Below, in pieces: positions 1 through 8,753 of a DNA stretch of 64,000 nt. Position numbers and translations under genes: made by a program. Where the stretch lies: the NCBI GenBank assembly GCA_963663235.2, contig CAXXNO010000004.1, positions 192,001 to 256,000 on the forward strand, in the 5' to 3' direction. This stretch comes from Dehalococcoidia bacterium (GTDB lineage Bacteria; Chloroflexota; Dehalococcoidia; Bin125). The notes under the pieces are model-generated. The model searched no databases, was not told the origin of the DNA, and worked only from the letters and a program-made list of their open reading frames with translations. The stretch's first letter is position 1; the number at the start of each line of letters is the position of its first letter.

Positions 1-332
1 CGGTGCACACGGCCCTCATCGACCTGCGCGACCACCTCTTGAGCAATGACACGACGGCGATCCGTAACACGGATCTGGTCGCGCTGGACGGCGCCCTGGA
101 GAACCTGGTGGAGATCCGCGGGAACCTTGGTGCGGCCGCCAACCGGCTGGAGATCACGCGGACCCGGCTGGAAGATGCCGGGCTGGCCAACCAGCAGTTG
201 CTCTCCGACGTGGAGGACGCTGACCTGGTGGCGACCATTGTGGATCTGAACGTGCAAGAGAACGTCTTCCAGGCAGCGCTGGCGGCCAGCGCGCGGAGCG
301 TCCGGGTGACGCTCTTGGACTTTCTTCGATAG
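1..332 (+). CDS. flgL: Flagellar hook-associated protein 3, C-terminal part (5' truncated by window)
   Basis: Flagellin_C-like end (LSDVEDADL...VTLLDFLR) typical of FlgL; followed by fliW. Confidence 0.9.
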   Translation, partial: VHTALIDLRDHLLSNDTTAIRNTDLVALDGALENLVEIRGNLGAAANRLEITRTRLEDAGLANQQLLSDVEDADLVATIVDLNVQENVFQAALAASARSVRVTLLDFLR

Positions 333-343
333 GGGTGAGGGTC

Positions 344-862
344 ATGCGACTGCGAATTGAGCGGATGGGCCAAGAATTGGACGTGGAAGTGAACGAGGCC
401 GATCTGATCCGCTTCGAAGAGGGCATCCTGGGCTTCGCGGCGATCAAGGAGTACGCGCAGCTCAGCGACGCCGACAGCGGTCTTGTCTGGCTGCACGCTA
501 CGGGGGACGAGCGAATCGCCTTTCCGGTGATCGATCCGTTTCTGGTGTGGCCCGAGTACGACATCACCATCCCGGACGGGGACCGGGAGGCGCTGCAACT
601 GAGCGAGCCGGGGGAGGCGCGGCTGCTGGTGATCGTGACGCCGCAGGAGGACCCCACGGAGATCACCGCCAACCTGCGGGCGCCGCTGGTGATCAACCGG
701 GCGCTGCGCGTTGGGCGGCAGGTGGTGCTGGAAGAGCCCGCCCCGCCGCTGCACGCGGCGATCCTGCCGGCGCTGGGCGACCGCAACGCCGAGCGGGAAC
801 GCGCGGAGACGCAGCCGTCCCGCCCGGTGAAAAAGGCCGCGGCCAAGAGCCGCGCCGCATAG
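344..862 (+). CDS. fliW: Flagellar assembly factor FliW (CsrA antagonist)
   Basis: IRFEEGILGF, FPVIDPF, ITANLRAPLVIN, GRQVVL motifs; ATG 344 or GTG 335. Confidence 0.92.
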   Translation: MRLRIERMGQELDVEVNEADLIRFEEGILGFAAIKEYAQLSDADSGLVWLHATGDERIAFPVIDPFLVWPEYDITIPDGDREALQLSEPGEARLLVIVTPQEDPTEITANLRAPLVINRALRVGRQVVLEEPAPPLHAAILPALGDRNAERERAETQPSRPVKKAAAKSRAA

Positions 863-865
863 CGA

Positions 866-3067
866 ATGAGCGGAAGGACGGACGCACACGTGGCGGACGA
901 TGGACCAGGCAGCGACGTGACCGGGGAAGCGGGCAGCCGTCTCCAACTCCAAGCGGACGAGACCGATATCGTGCTGTTCCTGGAAGACAGCACGGATCAA
1001 CTGGAGCTGTTGGACCGGGATCTGGTCCGCCTGGAGCAAGAACAAGACGACGCGATTCTGCAAGGGATCTTTCGCGCGGCGCACTGCCTGAAGGGCTCCT
1101 CCGCCACCATCGGGCATACGCGGATGGCCGAGCTGACGCACGCCATGGAGAGCGTGCTGGACGCGCTTCGCAACCACTCGCTCGCGGTCAGTACGGCGGT
1201 CATCGATACGCTGCTGCAAAGCCTGGACGCGCTCCGGGTCTTGACGGATGAGGTCTCGACGCTGCGTCACTCGGGGATGGAGGTGGGCGCGCTGGCGGCG
1301 CGGTTGCTGGCTTTGCTGGAGGCCGCCGGCGAAGGGGTGGCGGAGGAGCGGGGCCCGGCGGCCGAGCGGCCGGGGCCGGAGGGGCCCAGCCGTTCGCCCG
1401 ACGCTGAGCTGGATGCGCAGATCGCCGAGCGACGGGGCCGCGGCCTGAACATCGTGCAGGTCAGCGTGGCGCTGGAGGATGGCTGCACCATGCCCGCGGT
1501 GCGGTTGCTGCAATGTTTGATGGCGCTGGGCGCGGCGGGTGAGATTCTGGACTCGCAGCCGAGCGAGGCGGAGATCGAGCGGGAGGACGTGGGCTCCGCG
1601 CTGAGCGTGCTGCTGGCCACGGATCGCGAGGCCGCGGAGGTTCCCGCGCCGGTAGAGGCGGTGCCGGACGTGCGGTCTGTGGCCGCCGTGATCCACGAGG
1701 GCGGGGAACCGCCGGCGGCGGAGGTGGACGAGCGGCAGCCGGAGAGCGGCGGCGGCGGGGAGGGAGATGACCGGCGGATCATCGACCTGGGACCGGAGGC
1801 GCGGGGGGCGTCGCAGCCGGATCAGTTGCGGCTGGCGGCGAGCAAGTTGAATGTGCAGGCGAAGTCGATCCGCATCGATGTGGCGCGGCTGGACAAGCTG
1901 ATGAACTTCACCGGCGAGCTGGTGATCAATCGAGGCCGGCTGGCCGCGCTTGTGCCGCGCTTCGGTGCGGCGGACGTGGCGCACGAGCTCACCGAAGCGC
2001 TCAACGAGGTGGCCGCGCATCTGGGCCGCACGACGACGGAGCTCCAGGACGAGGTGATGAAGAGCCGGATGCTCCCCATGGAGCACGTGGTGAATCGCTT
2101 TCCGCGCATGGTGCGGGACTTGGCGCGCAAGGCGGACAAGCGTGTGGACTTCCAGATCACGGGGCAGGAGACGGAGCTGGATCGATCCGTGATTGAGGAG
2201 ATCGGGGACCCGTTGACGCACCTGCTGCGGAACGCGATGGACCACGGGATTGAGCTGTCAGCGGAGCGGACGGCGGCCGGCAAAGCGGAGACCGGCACGA
2301 TCCACCTGGACACATCGCATGAAGAGAGCACGATTGTGATCCGGGTGCGGGACGACGGCCGCGGGATCGATCCCGTGCGGATGCGGGAGCATGCGGTGCG
2401 CGCCGGCGTGCTGAGCGACGAAGCGGCGGCGGCCCTCAGCGATCAGGAAGCGCTGGATCTGATCTGGATGCCCGGCTACACCACGGCGAAGACCATCACG
2501 GACGTGTCCGACCGTGGCGTGGGGATGGACATTGTCAAGACGAACATCCTGAAGCTGAACGGCAGGGTGAGCGTTCAATCGGAGGTAGGCCGCGGGACCA
2601 CGGTCCAGGTGCGGGTGCCGCTGACGCTGGCGGTGATCGAGGGGCTGGTGCTGCGGGTGGCGCAGTCCGTGGTGGTGGTGCCGATCTCGAGCGTGACGGA
2701 GGCATTGCGGATCTCCGCGGACAAAGTCAAGACGGTCCAGAGCGCGCCGACGATGCGCGTGCGAGGCGTGATCCTCCCGCTGATCGACCTAGCCCAGATG
2801 TGGCGACTGGGGAAGAGCGAAGCGGAGGGCGAGGAGCCAGCCGCCGACGTCCGTTACGTGGTAGCGGTTCACGTGGGGGATCAGCGCGCGGGCCTCATTG
2901 TGGATGAACTGTTGGGGGAACAAGAAGTGGTCATTAAAAGCCTTGGAGGTCTCCTGCGTGGGATGCGGGGGATCTCGGGCGCGACTCTCATGGGTGATGA
3001 GGTGGCGCTCATTGTAGACGTCCCGAACCTCCTGCAATTGCACTACGAGAGACAGCGAGCAGCATGA
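866..3067 (+). CDS. cheA: Chemotaxis histidine kinase CheA
   Basis: Hpt (IFRAAHCLKGSS), P2, HATPase (HLLRNAMDHGIE, DDGRGID), CheW-like C-terminus. Confidence 0.97.
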   Translation: MSGRTDAHVADDGPGSDVTGEAGSRLQLQADETDIVLFLEDSTDQLELLDRDLVRLEQEQDDAILQGIFRAAHCLKGSSATIGHTRMAELTHAMESVLDALRNHSLAVSTAVIDTLLQSLDALRVLTDEVSTLRHSGMEVGALAARLLALLEAAGEGVAEERGPAAERPGPEGPSRSPDAELDAQIAERRGRGLNIVQVSVALEDGCTMPAVRLLQCLMALGAAGEILDSQPSEAEIEREDVGSALSVLLATDREAAEVPAPVEAVPDVRSVAAVIHEGGEPPAAEVDERQPESGGGGEGDDRRIIDLGPEARGASQPDQLRLAASKLNVQAKSIRIDVARLDKLMNFTGELVINRGRLAALVPRFGAADVAHELTEALNEVAAHLGRTTTELQDEVMKSRMLPMEHVVNRFPRMVRDLARKADKRVDFQITGQETELDRSVIEEIGDPLTHLLRNAMDHGIELSAERTAAGKAETGTIHLDTSHEESTIVIRVRDDGRGIDPVRMREHAVRAGVLSDEAAAALSDQEALDLIWMPGYTTAKTITDVSDRGVGMDIVKTNILKLNGRVSVQSEVGRGTTVQVRVPLTLAVIEGLVLRVAQSVVVVPISSVTEALRISADKVKTVQSAPTMRVRGVILPLIDLAQMWRLGKSEAEGEEPAADVRYVVAVHVGDQRAGLIVDELLGEQEVVIKSLGGLLRGMRGISGATLMGDEVALIVDVPNLLQLHYERQRAA

Positions 3068-3684
3068 GTAAACACGCGACTCCGAACGTCAGGATCGATG
3101 CGACGCACCTGGGCGACATCGCCGCCCGTGGTGCGGCGCGCGCGGCGGAACAGTTGACGGAGATGCTGGGCCGTCCGATCTCGGTCGAAGCGACTGGGAT
3201 GCACTACGGGGACAGCGCGCGGCTGATGCCGCTGGTGGGGGGAGCGGATGCCGCGGTAACGGCCGTGTATCTGGCCATGGGGGACGAGATCCGGGGCCAC
3301 ATCATGCTGCTGTTCACCGTGGAGCAGGCGCACCAGTTGGTGGATCAGCTCTTGGAGCAGGAACCGGGGACCACCAAGTTTCTGGACCCGATGGCGGAGT
3401 CCGCGCTGGGCGAAGTGGGGAGCATCACGAGCGCGGCGTTCTTGAACGAACTGGGCGACGCCGCCGGGATCCAGATCCATCCGTCGCCGCCGACGGTGGT
3501 GGTGGACCTCGCGGGAGCGTTGGTGGACTCCGTGTTGACGGAGATCAGCCAGCTGGGCGGGGAGTTGTTGGTGGTGGAGACGGGCTTTCGCCAAGGGGAC
3601 ACGCGGATCGATGGCTTCATCTTGCTCACGCCGGAGCCGAGCTCGCTCAGGCTGCTGTTGGAGCGCCTGCGGAAGGCGGTATGA
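3064..3684 (+). CDS. cheC: CheY-P phosphatase CheC
   Basis: ESALGEVGSI and PSPP motifs; directly upstream of cheD. Confidence 0.85.
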   Translation: MSKHATPNVRIDATHLGDIAARGAARAAEQLTEMLGRPISVEATGMHYGDSARLMPLVGGADAAVTAVYLAMGDEIRGHIMLLFTVEQAHQLVDQLLEQEPGTTKFLDPMAESALGEVGSITSAAFLNELGDAAGIQIHPSPPTVVVDLAGALVDSVLTEISQLGGELLVVETGFRQGDTRIDGFILLTPEPSSLRLLLERLRKAV

Positions 3685-4184
3685 GCACCGAAGTGGAGCG
3701 AACGCTTGCGGTCGGCATCGGCGATTTGGTGGTCACGTCCGATCCGGATGTGGTGTTGGTGGCGCACGGCCTGGGGTCGTGTGTGGCGGTGATCGGGCAC
3801 TGCCGCAAACCGCTGGTGGGGGGAATGCTGCACGTGATGTTGCCCAACTCCAGCGATCATCAAGACCAGAGCAACCTCACCCGGTACGCGGATACGGGGA
3901 TCGCGGAGCTGGTGGCGCGCCTGAAGGCCGCGGGCGCCGATCCGCGCCGTGCGGCGTTCAAGCTGGTGGGGGGCGCGGCGGTCCTCAGCGTGGCGAAGGG
4001 CCACGGCGGCCGGTTCCGTGTGGGATCGCGCAACGCCGAGGCGTCGCAGGCGATGTTGCGCGAGCTGGGGCTGCGGGTGCAGGCCGAGGACCTGGGTGGC
4101 AAGCGCGGCCGGACGGTGGAGTTTGCGGTTGGGGCGGGACGGGTGATGGTGCGCAAACTCGGCGAAGCGACGACCGAACTGTAG
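3681..4184 (+). CDS. cheD: Chemoreceptor glutamine deamidase CheD
   Basis: GLGSCV, HVMLP, YADTGI, KLVGGA, VGSRN, DLGG motifs. Confidence 0.95.
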   Translation: MSTEVERTLAVGIGDLVVTSDPDVVLVAHGLGSCVAVIGHCRKPLVGGMLHVMLPNSSDHQDQSNLTRYADTGIAELVARLKAAGADPRRAAFKLVGGAAVLSVAKGHGGRFRVGSRNAEASQAMLRELGLRVQAEDLGGKRGRTVEFAVGAGRVMVRKLGEATTEL

Positions 4185-4205
4185 GTCGGTGAAGAGAGAT
4201 CCACG

Positions 4206-4562
4206 ATGCCAACTATCCTTGTCGTCGACGACGCGGCCTTCATGCGGAAGCGCTGCGCGAAGTTCTTGCAAGAGCGTGGCTACGACGTCCTGGAGGCTGA
4301 CAACGGCCTCAAGGCGCTGGAGATGTACAAGGAGGCGCGCCCGGACGGCGTCCTGCTGGACATCACCATGCCCGAGATGGATGGGCTGTCGGCGCTGAAG
4401 GCGCTGCGGGAGATTGACCCGAATGTGCGGGTGGCGATGGTCACCGCCATGGGACAGCAATCGATCATCATGGACGCGATCAAGAACGGCGCGCGCGACT
4501 TTGTGGTCAAGCCGTTTGAGAAGGACCGCGTGCTGGCCGCGGTCGAGAAGATGCTGGAATAA
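4206..4562 (+). CDS. cheY: Chemotaxis response regulator CheY
   Basis: Single receiver domain: VVDD, LDITMPEMDG, FVVKPF. Confidence 0.93.
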   Translation: MPTILVVDDAAFMRKRCAKFLQERGYDVLEADNGLKALEMYKEARPDGVLLDITMPEMDGLSALKALREIDPNVRVAMVTAMGQQSIIMDAIKNGARDFVVKPFEKDRVLAAVEKMLE

Positions 4563-4588
4563 CGCGGCGACGTGACAGGCCCACCGAG

Positions 4589-5647
4589 ATGACCCCGACT
4601 TCGGCGCGCACGCGGGTGCTGATCGTGGACGATGCGGCGTTCATGCGCCACATGGTGCGCAAGATGCTGGAGTCGGATGCGGCGCTGGAGGTGGTGGGGA
4701 TCGCGCGCAATGGGGTGGAGGGGCTGGAGAAAGCGGCTGCCCTGCGTCCCGACGTGATCACTCTGGATATCGAGATGCCCGAGATGGACGGGCTGTCCAT
4801 GCTGCGGCTGTTGCTGCAGCAACAGCCGCTTCCGGTGGTGATGCTTTCCTCGCTGACCCAAGAGGGGGCGGCGGCGACGCTGGAGGCGCTGGACCTGGGC
4901 GCCGTCGACTTCGTCTCGAAGTCGACGGCGGGCCGGGCCGGCGAGATGGACGTGATTCACGATGCTCTGTTGCGGGCCGTGCACGCCGCGTCCATGGCGC
5001 GGGTCCAGCGGCGTCCGCCCGCGGCAGCCGCGCCCCCGATCGCGCCGCGCGCCGCCGCGAGGGCGCGGGCGAGTGAGAGCGGCCGGCTGGTGGTCATCGG
5101 CAGCAGCACGGGAGGGCCATCCGCGCTGGCGCAAGTGGTGCCGCGGCTGCCGGCAGATCTCGGGGCCCCCGTGGTGGTGGTGCAGCACATGCCGCCGCAC
5201 TTCACGGCGTCGCTGGCAATGCGGCTGGACGACATCTCCGCGCTGCGGGTCCGCGAGGCGCGGGACGGGGAGCGGCTCCAGCCGGCGTGCGCCTACCTGG
5301 CGCCGGGCGGCGTCCACCTGACGATCACGGCGAACCGCAGCGTACGGCTGACGGAGGACCCGCCGCTGCACGGCGTGCGGCCGTCGGTGGACCAGACGCT
5401 GCACTCGCTGAGCTCCAACCTGGCCGCGCAGACCGTGGTGGCGATCCTCACGGGCATGGGACCGGATGGCGCCGACGGAGCGGTCCGCGTCAAAGAGGCG
5501 AGCGGCAAGATCATCGTCCAGGACGAGGCGTCCTGCGTGGTCTACGGCATGCCGCGCGTGACGATGGAGCGGGGAGTGGCGAAGCGGGCGACGCCGCTTT
5601 CGCGGGTGGCCGACGCGATTCATACAGCGCTACAGCGGGCAGCCTGA
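4589..5647 (+). CDS. cheB: Chemotaxis methylesterase CheB
   Basis: Receiver domain plus GSSTGGP, VQHMP, RPSVD, LTGMGPDG. Confidence 0.96.
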   Translation: MTPTSARTRVLIVDDAAFMRHMVRKMLESDAALEVVGIARNGVEGLEKAAALRPDVITLDIEMPEMDGLSMLRLLLQQQPLPVVMLSSLTQEGAAATLEALDLGAVDFVSKSTAGRAGEMDVIHDALLRAVHAASMARVQRRPPAAAAPPIAPRAAARARASESGRLVVIGSSTGGPSALAQVVPRLPADLGAPVVVVQHMPPHFTASLAMRLDDISALRVREARDGERLQPACAYLAPGGVHLTITANRSVRLTEDPPLHGVRPSVDQTLHSLSSNLAAQTVVAILTGMGPDGADGAVRVKEASGKIIVQDEASCVVYGMPRVTMERGVAKRATPLSRVADAIHTALQRAA

Positions 5648-5663
5648 AGGAGAGCGAGAGCTG

Positions 5664-5924
5664 ATGCTGGTGCTGCGACGCCGGACGGGGCAGGGAATCG
5701 TCATCCAGTCGAACACGGTGGTGCGGATGCTGGCCGTTGAGGGCGAGCAGGTCAAGCTGGGCGTGACGGCGCCGGCGAGCGTGGTGGTGTTGCGCGAGGA
5801 GCTTGTCGACGCCGTGCGAGACGAGAACCGCCGGGCGGCGAGCGGCGGGGCGCAGGAACTAGAGCCGCTGCGCCGCACCCTCCGGCGCATGCGCCGGGCG
5901 GACGCGCCGGGCGACACGCCTTAG
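5664..5924 (+). CDS. csrA: Carbon storage regulator CsrA
   Basis: MLVLRRR...VKLGVTAP...VLREEL...EN; in cluster with fliW and flagellin. Confidence 0.92.
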   Translation: MLVLRRRTGQGIVIQSNTVVRMLAVEGEQVKLGVTAPASVVVLREELVDAVRDENRRAASGGAQELEPLRRTLRRMRRADAPGDTP

Positions 5925-6955
5925 CGAACCAGGGTCAACGTGGGCCGGGCGCGGCCGGGCTGCGGTTGCCGGCGTCCGCCCGGGATCAGCTGGAGGCGGG
6001 GCGACTCGCACACCTCCTGCCGGTAGGAGACGGGCAGCGTCTGCCCGCCCTGGCGTGCCGATTCCCAAAGGCGTTCGGACAGGCTGAGGCCGTAGGCCAA
6101 TGTGGCGAGGTCATCGGCGCCGCCGTTATTGATGCGGCGGAGGAAGCGTTGCATGATCGCGAGCAGGGGGTCCGGCACGGGCAGGCGGCGGCGGGTCAGA
6201 TCGAGCGGGGGGGGATCGGACTCGGCGCCGGCGGCCGCGGCCAGCGGCTGGGCGTCGGCCTGCACGCAGAGGAGGCCGACGGCAGCGGTTTCTTCGAGCA
6301 GTAACGTGGCCGCGTCCGTCACGACCCGGATCCGTCGTGCGGGGGCGCCCGGGCCCGCCGCCACGGCCAGGCTTGCGGTGGCGCCGTTGGCGCAGAGGCC
6401 GGTGGCGAGCACGGCCCGGGCCGGACCGTCCGCGACGGCGGCGGAGACCGCCGCGACGCGCAGGGGCCAGCCGTCGGCGAGGTGCGCGAGTGTCACCGCC
6501 CCCTCCAGCAGCGCCTGGCGGAAGTGGGAGACCGACGGCTGGGGGGCGATCTGCTGCTCCACTTGAATGGAGAGGGGGAGGCGGCCTTGGGCCCAGCGCG
6601 AGAGCTCCAGCTGCAGCGCGGCCAGGCCGGGGGTCACTGGGCCCGCCCAGCCCACGGTGACCATCGACGCCCGGTCCGCCGCTGCCCCGCGGAGGGCGGC
6701 CGCCTGGGCGGCGGTCAAGCCTTGCGGGCAGGTGATCAGCAGAGGCAGGCCGGCCTGCACGACGCGTGCCGCCAGGTCGGCAGCGGGAGGGAGGGCGGCG
6801 CAGAGGGCGACGCCGTCCCAATCGCCGGGCCGGATGGCGTCCGCGGCGCGCTGCGGCTGGAGGCGGCAGACGCCGTCGCGGGCGCCAAGGGTGCGCGCCA
6901 GGGCTTCCTGCGCGGCGACGGATTCCCAGCCGGAGCCGACGATAAGGAAAGTCAC
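5921..6955 (-). CDS. Hypothetical protein, degenerate Gfo/Idh/MocA oxidoreductase-like
   Basis: N-terminal FLIVGSG Rossmann-like strand and overall layout; catalytic motifs not recognisable. Confidence 0.5.
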   Translation of the reverse strand: MTFLIVGSGWESVAAQEALARTLGARDGVCRLQPQRAADAIRPGDWDGVALCAALPPAADLAARVVQAGLPLLITCPQGLTAAQAAALRGAAADRASMVTVGWAGPVTPGLAALQLELSRWAQGRLPLSIQVEQQIAPQPSVSHFRQALLEGAVTLAHLADGWPLRVAAVSAAVADGPARAVLATGLCANGATASLAVAAGPGAPARRIRVVTDAATLLLEETAAVGLLCVQADAQPLAAAAGAESDPPPLDLTRRRLPVPDPLLAIMQRFLRRINNGGADDLATLAYGLSLSERLWESARQGGQTLPVSYRQEVCESPRLQLIPGGRRQPQPGRARPTLTLVR

Positions 6956-7129
6956 TGGCCCACCCTAGGGAGCGAGCGGGTGTGGCGAATGGGGCATCGC
7001 CCTAGAACGGCGGCCCGCGCCCCCGCATCCGGTGGCGGAAGGTCCCCAGACTCCGCCGCCGGCCGGAGCGAGGGGCCAGCACGGGGGTGCACCTGCGGCG
7101 ACATTGGGGTAAACCCCTAGACCGACCAC

Positions 7130-7159
7130 TCTAGGGAGAGCCCGCGCGTTGCCGATGAT
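7130..7159 (+). promoter_or_regulatory. Putative sigma28 (FliA) promoter of flagellin 1
   Basis: -10 GCCGATGA at 7151-7158; related GTCGATGA lies upstream of flaG and flgM; -35 weak. Confidence 0.6.
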
Positions 7160-7174
7160 TGGGTTGTGCACAAC

Positions 7175-7198
7175 GAGCGCCGGAGGAACCGGCGTCTC
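7175..7198 (+). promoter_or_regulatory. Putative CsrA-binding hairpin in flagellin leader
   Basis: CGCCGG-AGGAA-CCGGCG stem with GGA in the loop; more GGA motifs near the RBS. Confidence 0.6.
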
Positions 7199-7297
7199 AT
7201 GGGTGACGGTTTGCCGCGCCCAACCCGCGTCGACGCAACGACAACGAGTCAGGACCGGGCGCCGCCCGGTCCGCAAGGAAGCAATTGAGGACTCATC

Positions 7298-8485
7298 ATG
7301 GGATTTCGAATCAACACGAACGCGGAAGCGGGCAATGCCCGCCGCAACCTAAACATCAGCAGCATGCGCATGGGCCGGGCGATGGAGCAGCTGTCGAGTG
7401 GTCTGCGGACCAACCGGGCCGCCGACGACGCCGCGGGCTTGGCGATCAGTGAAAAACTGCGCGCCCAGGTCCGCGGTCTGGGACAGGCCAGCCGCAACGC
7501 CCAGGACGCCGTCTCCATGATCGGGACGGCTGAGGGCCCCCTGGCCGAGGTGCACTCCATCCTCCAGCGGATGCGAGAGTTGACCGTCCAGACCGGCAAC
7601 ACGACGCTGTCCGGCGCCGACCGCACGGCCATCGGCGAGGAGATGCTCGCCCTCAAGGACGAGATCGACCGGATCGGCAACACCACGAAGTTCAACGGCA
7701 ACCAGCTGTTGACCGGCGCCCTCGTGACGGCGCTAGACGCCGCCAGCGAGATCAAGGTTGGGGTGGCCGTCAGCAACAACGTGGTCGCGTCCGTGGACGT
7801 GAGCAAGGCCAACGCCGGCACGACGTACAAATTCACCTACGTCGCCGGCACCAACGCCCTCACGCTCACCAACGCGACGACCAGCGTGGCCGAGACCATC
7901 ACCTTCGCCACCGCGGGCGCCGCCGGGGACAAGGTGCTGAGCTTCTCCCAGCTCGGCGTCACGGTCACCCTCACCGGCCCGGCCGAGGCTTTGGCCGACG
8001 ACATCGGCACCGCCCTGGACGCCGCCGGCACCGACGACGTGATCACCGCCGCCGGCAATAGCTCGGCGCAGTTCCAGGTGGGCGCGGATGCGGGCCAGAA
8101 CATCACCGTGGCCTTCGCGGACATGCGCTCCACGGCCATCGGCACCGGCGTGGGCAACCAGGTCTCCGACAAGGTGGCGGACAACCAGGCGGTGTCCACC
8201 ACGGCCAAGGCGGACGCGCTGCTGACCATCCTGGACGACGCCATCGCGGACGTGTCCACGCAGCGTGGCATTCTGGGCGCGGTGCAGAACCGCGTAGAGC
8301 ACACCATCGCGGCGTTGGGGATCGTGGTGGAGAACTTGAGCGCGCCGGAGAGCCGAATCCGCGACGCCGACATTGCCGCCGTTTCATCGACGCTGGTGAC
8401 GCAGCAGATCCTGCAGCAAGCGGGCATCTCCGTGCTGAGCCAGGCCAACCAGAACCCGCAAGCGGTCCTGTCCCTCCTCCGGTAG
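7298..8485 (+). CDS. fliC: Flagellin (copy 1)
   Basis: RINTN, LSSGLR.NRAADDAAGLAI, ESRIRDAD, QANQ.PQ.VLSLL. Confidence 0.97.
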   Translation: MGFRINTNAEAGNARRNLNISSMRMGRAMEQLSSGLRTNRAADDAAGLAISEKLRAQVRGLGQASRNAQDAVSMIGTAEGPLAEVHSILQRMRELTVQTGNTTLSGADRTAIGEEMLALKDEIDRIGNTTKFNGNQLLTGALVTALDAASEIKVGVAVSNNVVASVDVSKANAGTTYKFTYVAGTNALTLTNATTSVAETITFATAGAAGDKVLSFSQLGVTVTLTGPAEALADDIGTALDAAGTDDVITAAGNSSAQFQVGADAGQNITVAFADMRSTAIGTGVGNQVSDKVADNQAVSTTAKADALLTILDDAIADVSTQRGILGAVQNRVEHTIAALGIVVENLSAPESRIRDADIAAVSSTLVTQQILQQAGISVLSQANQNPQAVLSLLR

Positions 8486-8519
8486 GACAGCCGCCCAACG
8501 GCACGGATTGGCACCTCGT

Positions 8520-8553
8520 AGCGGGGGCCCCAATGGGGCCCCCGCTCGTTTTT
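8520..8553 (+). terminator. Rho-independent terminator after flagellin 1
   Basis: AGCGGGGGCCCC-AAT-GGGGCCCCCGCT followed by CGTTTTT. Confidence 0.8.
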
Positions 8554-8753
8554 AACCCCGCGGGCGCCGTGTACACGGTCTCGAGCGGCCGCATGGTGCG
8601 TTTTCCGGGCGGACATGGGGGGCTCGGCCCATCCGGCCGGCCGGCCCGGACCCGATGCTCCAAACGAGCGGGCAGCGGCGGCCAAGCGGGCACGGATGAA
8701 GCCCCGCGGCCGGACCCCCCAGCCGCCGTCCCGCCAGCGAGGAGGCGGGAACC

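Noticed and set aside
7160-7297. c-di-GMP riboswitch in the flagellin or fliF leaders
   Set aside because: No GGCAAA/GNRA-receptor GEMM-I pattern or class II pattern recognised.
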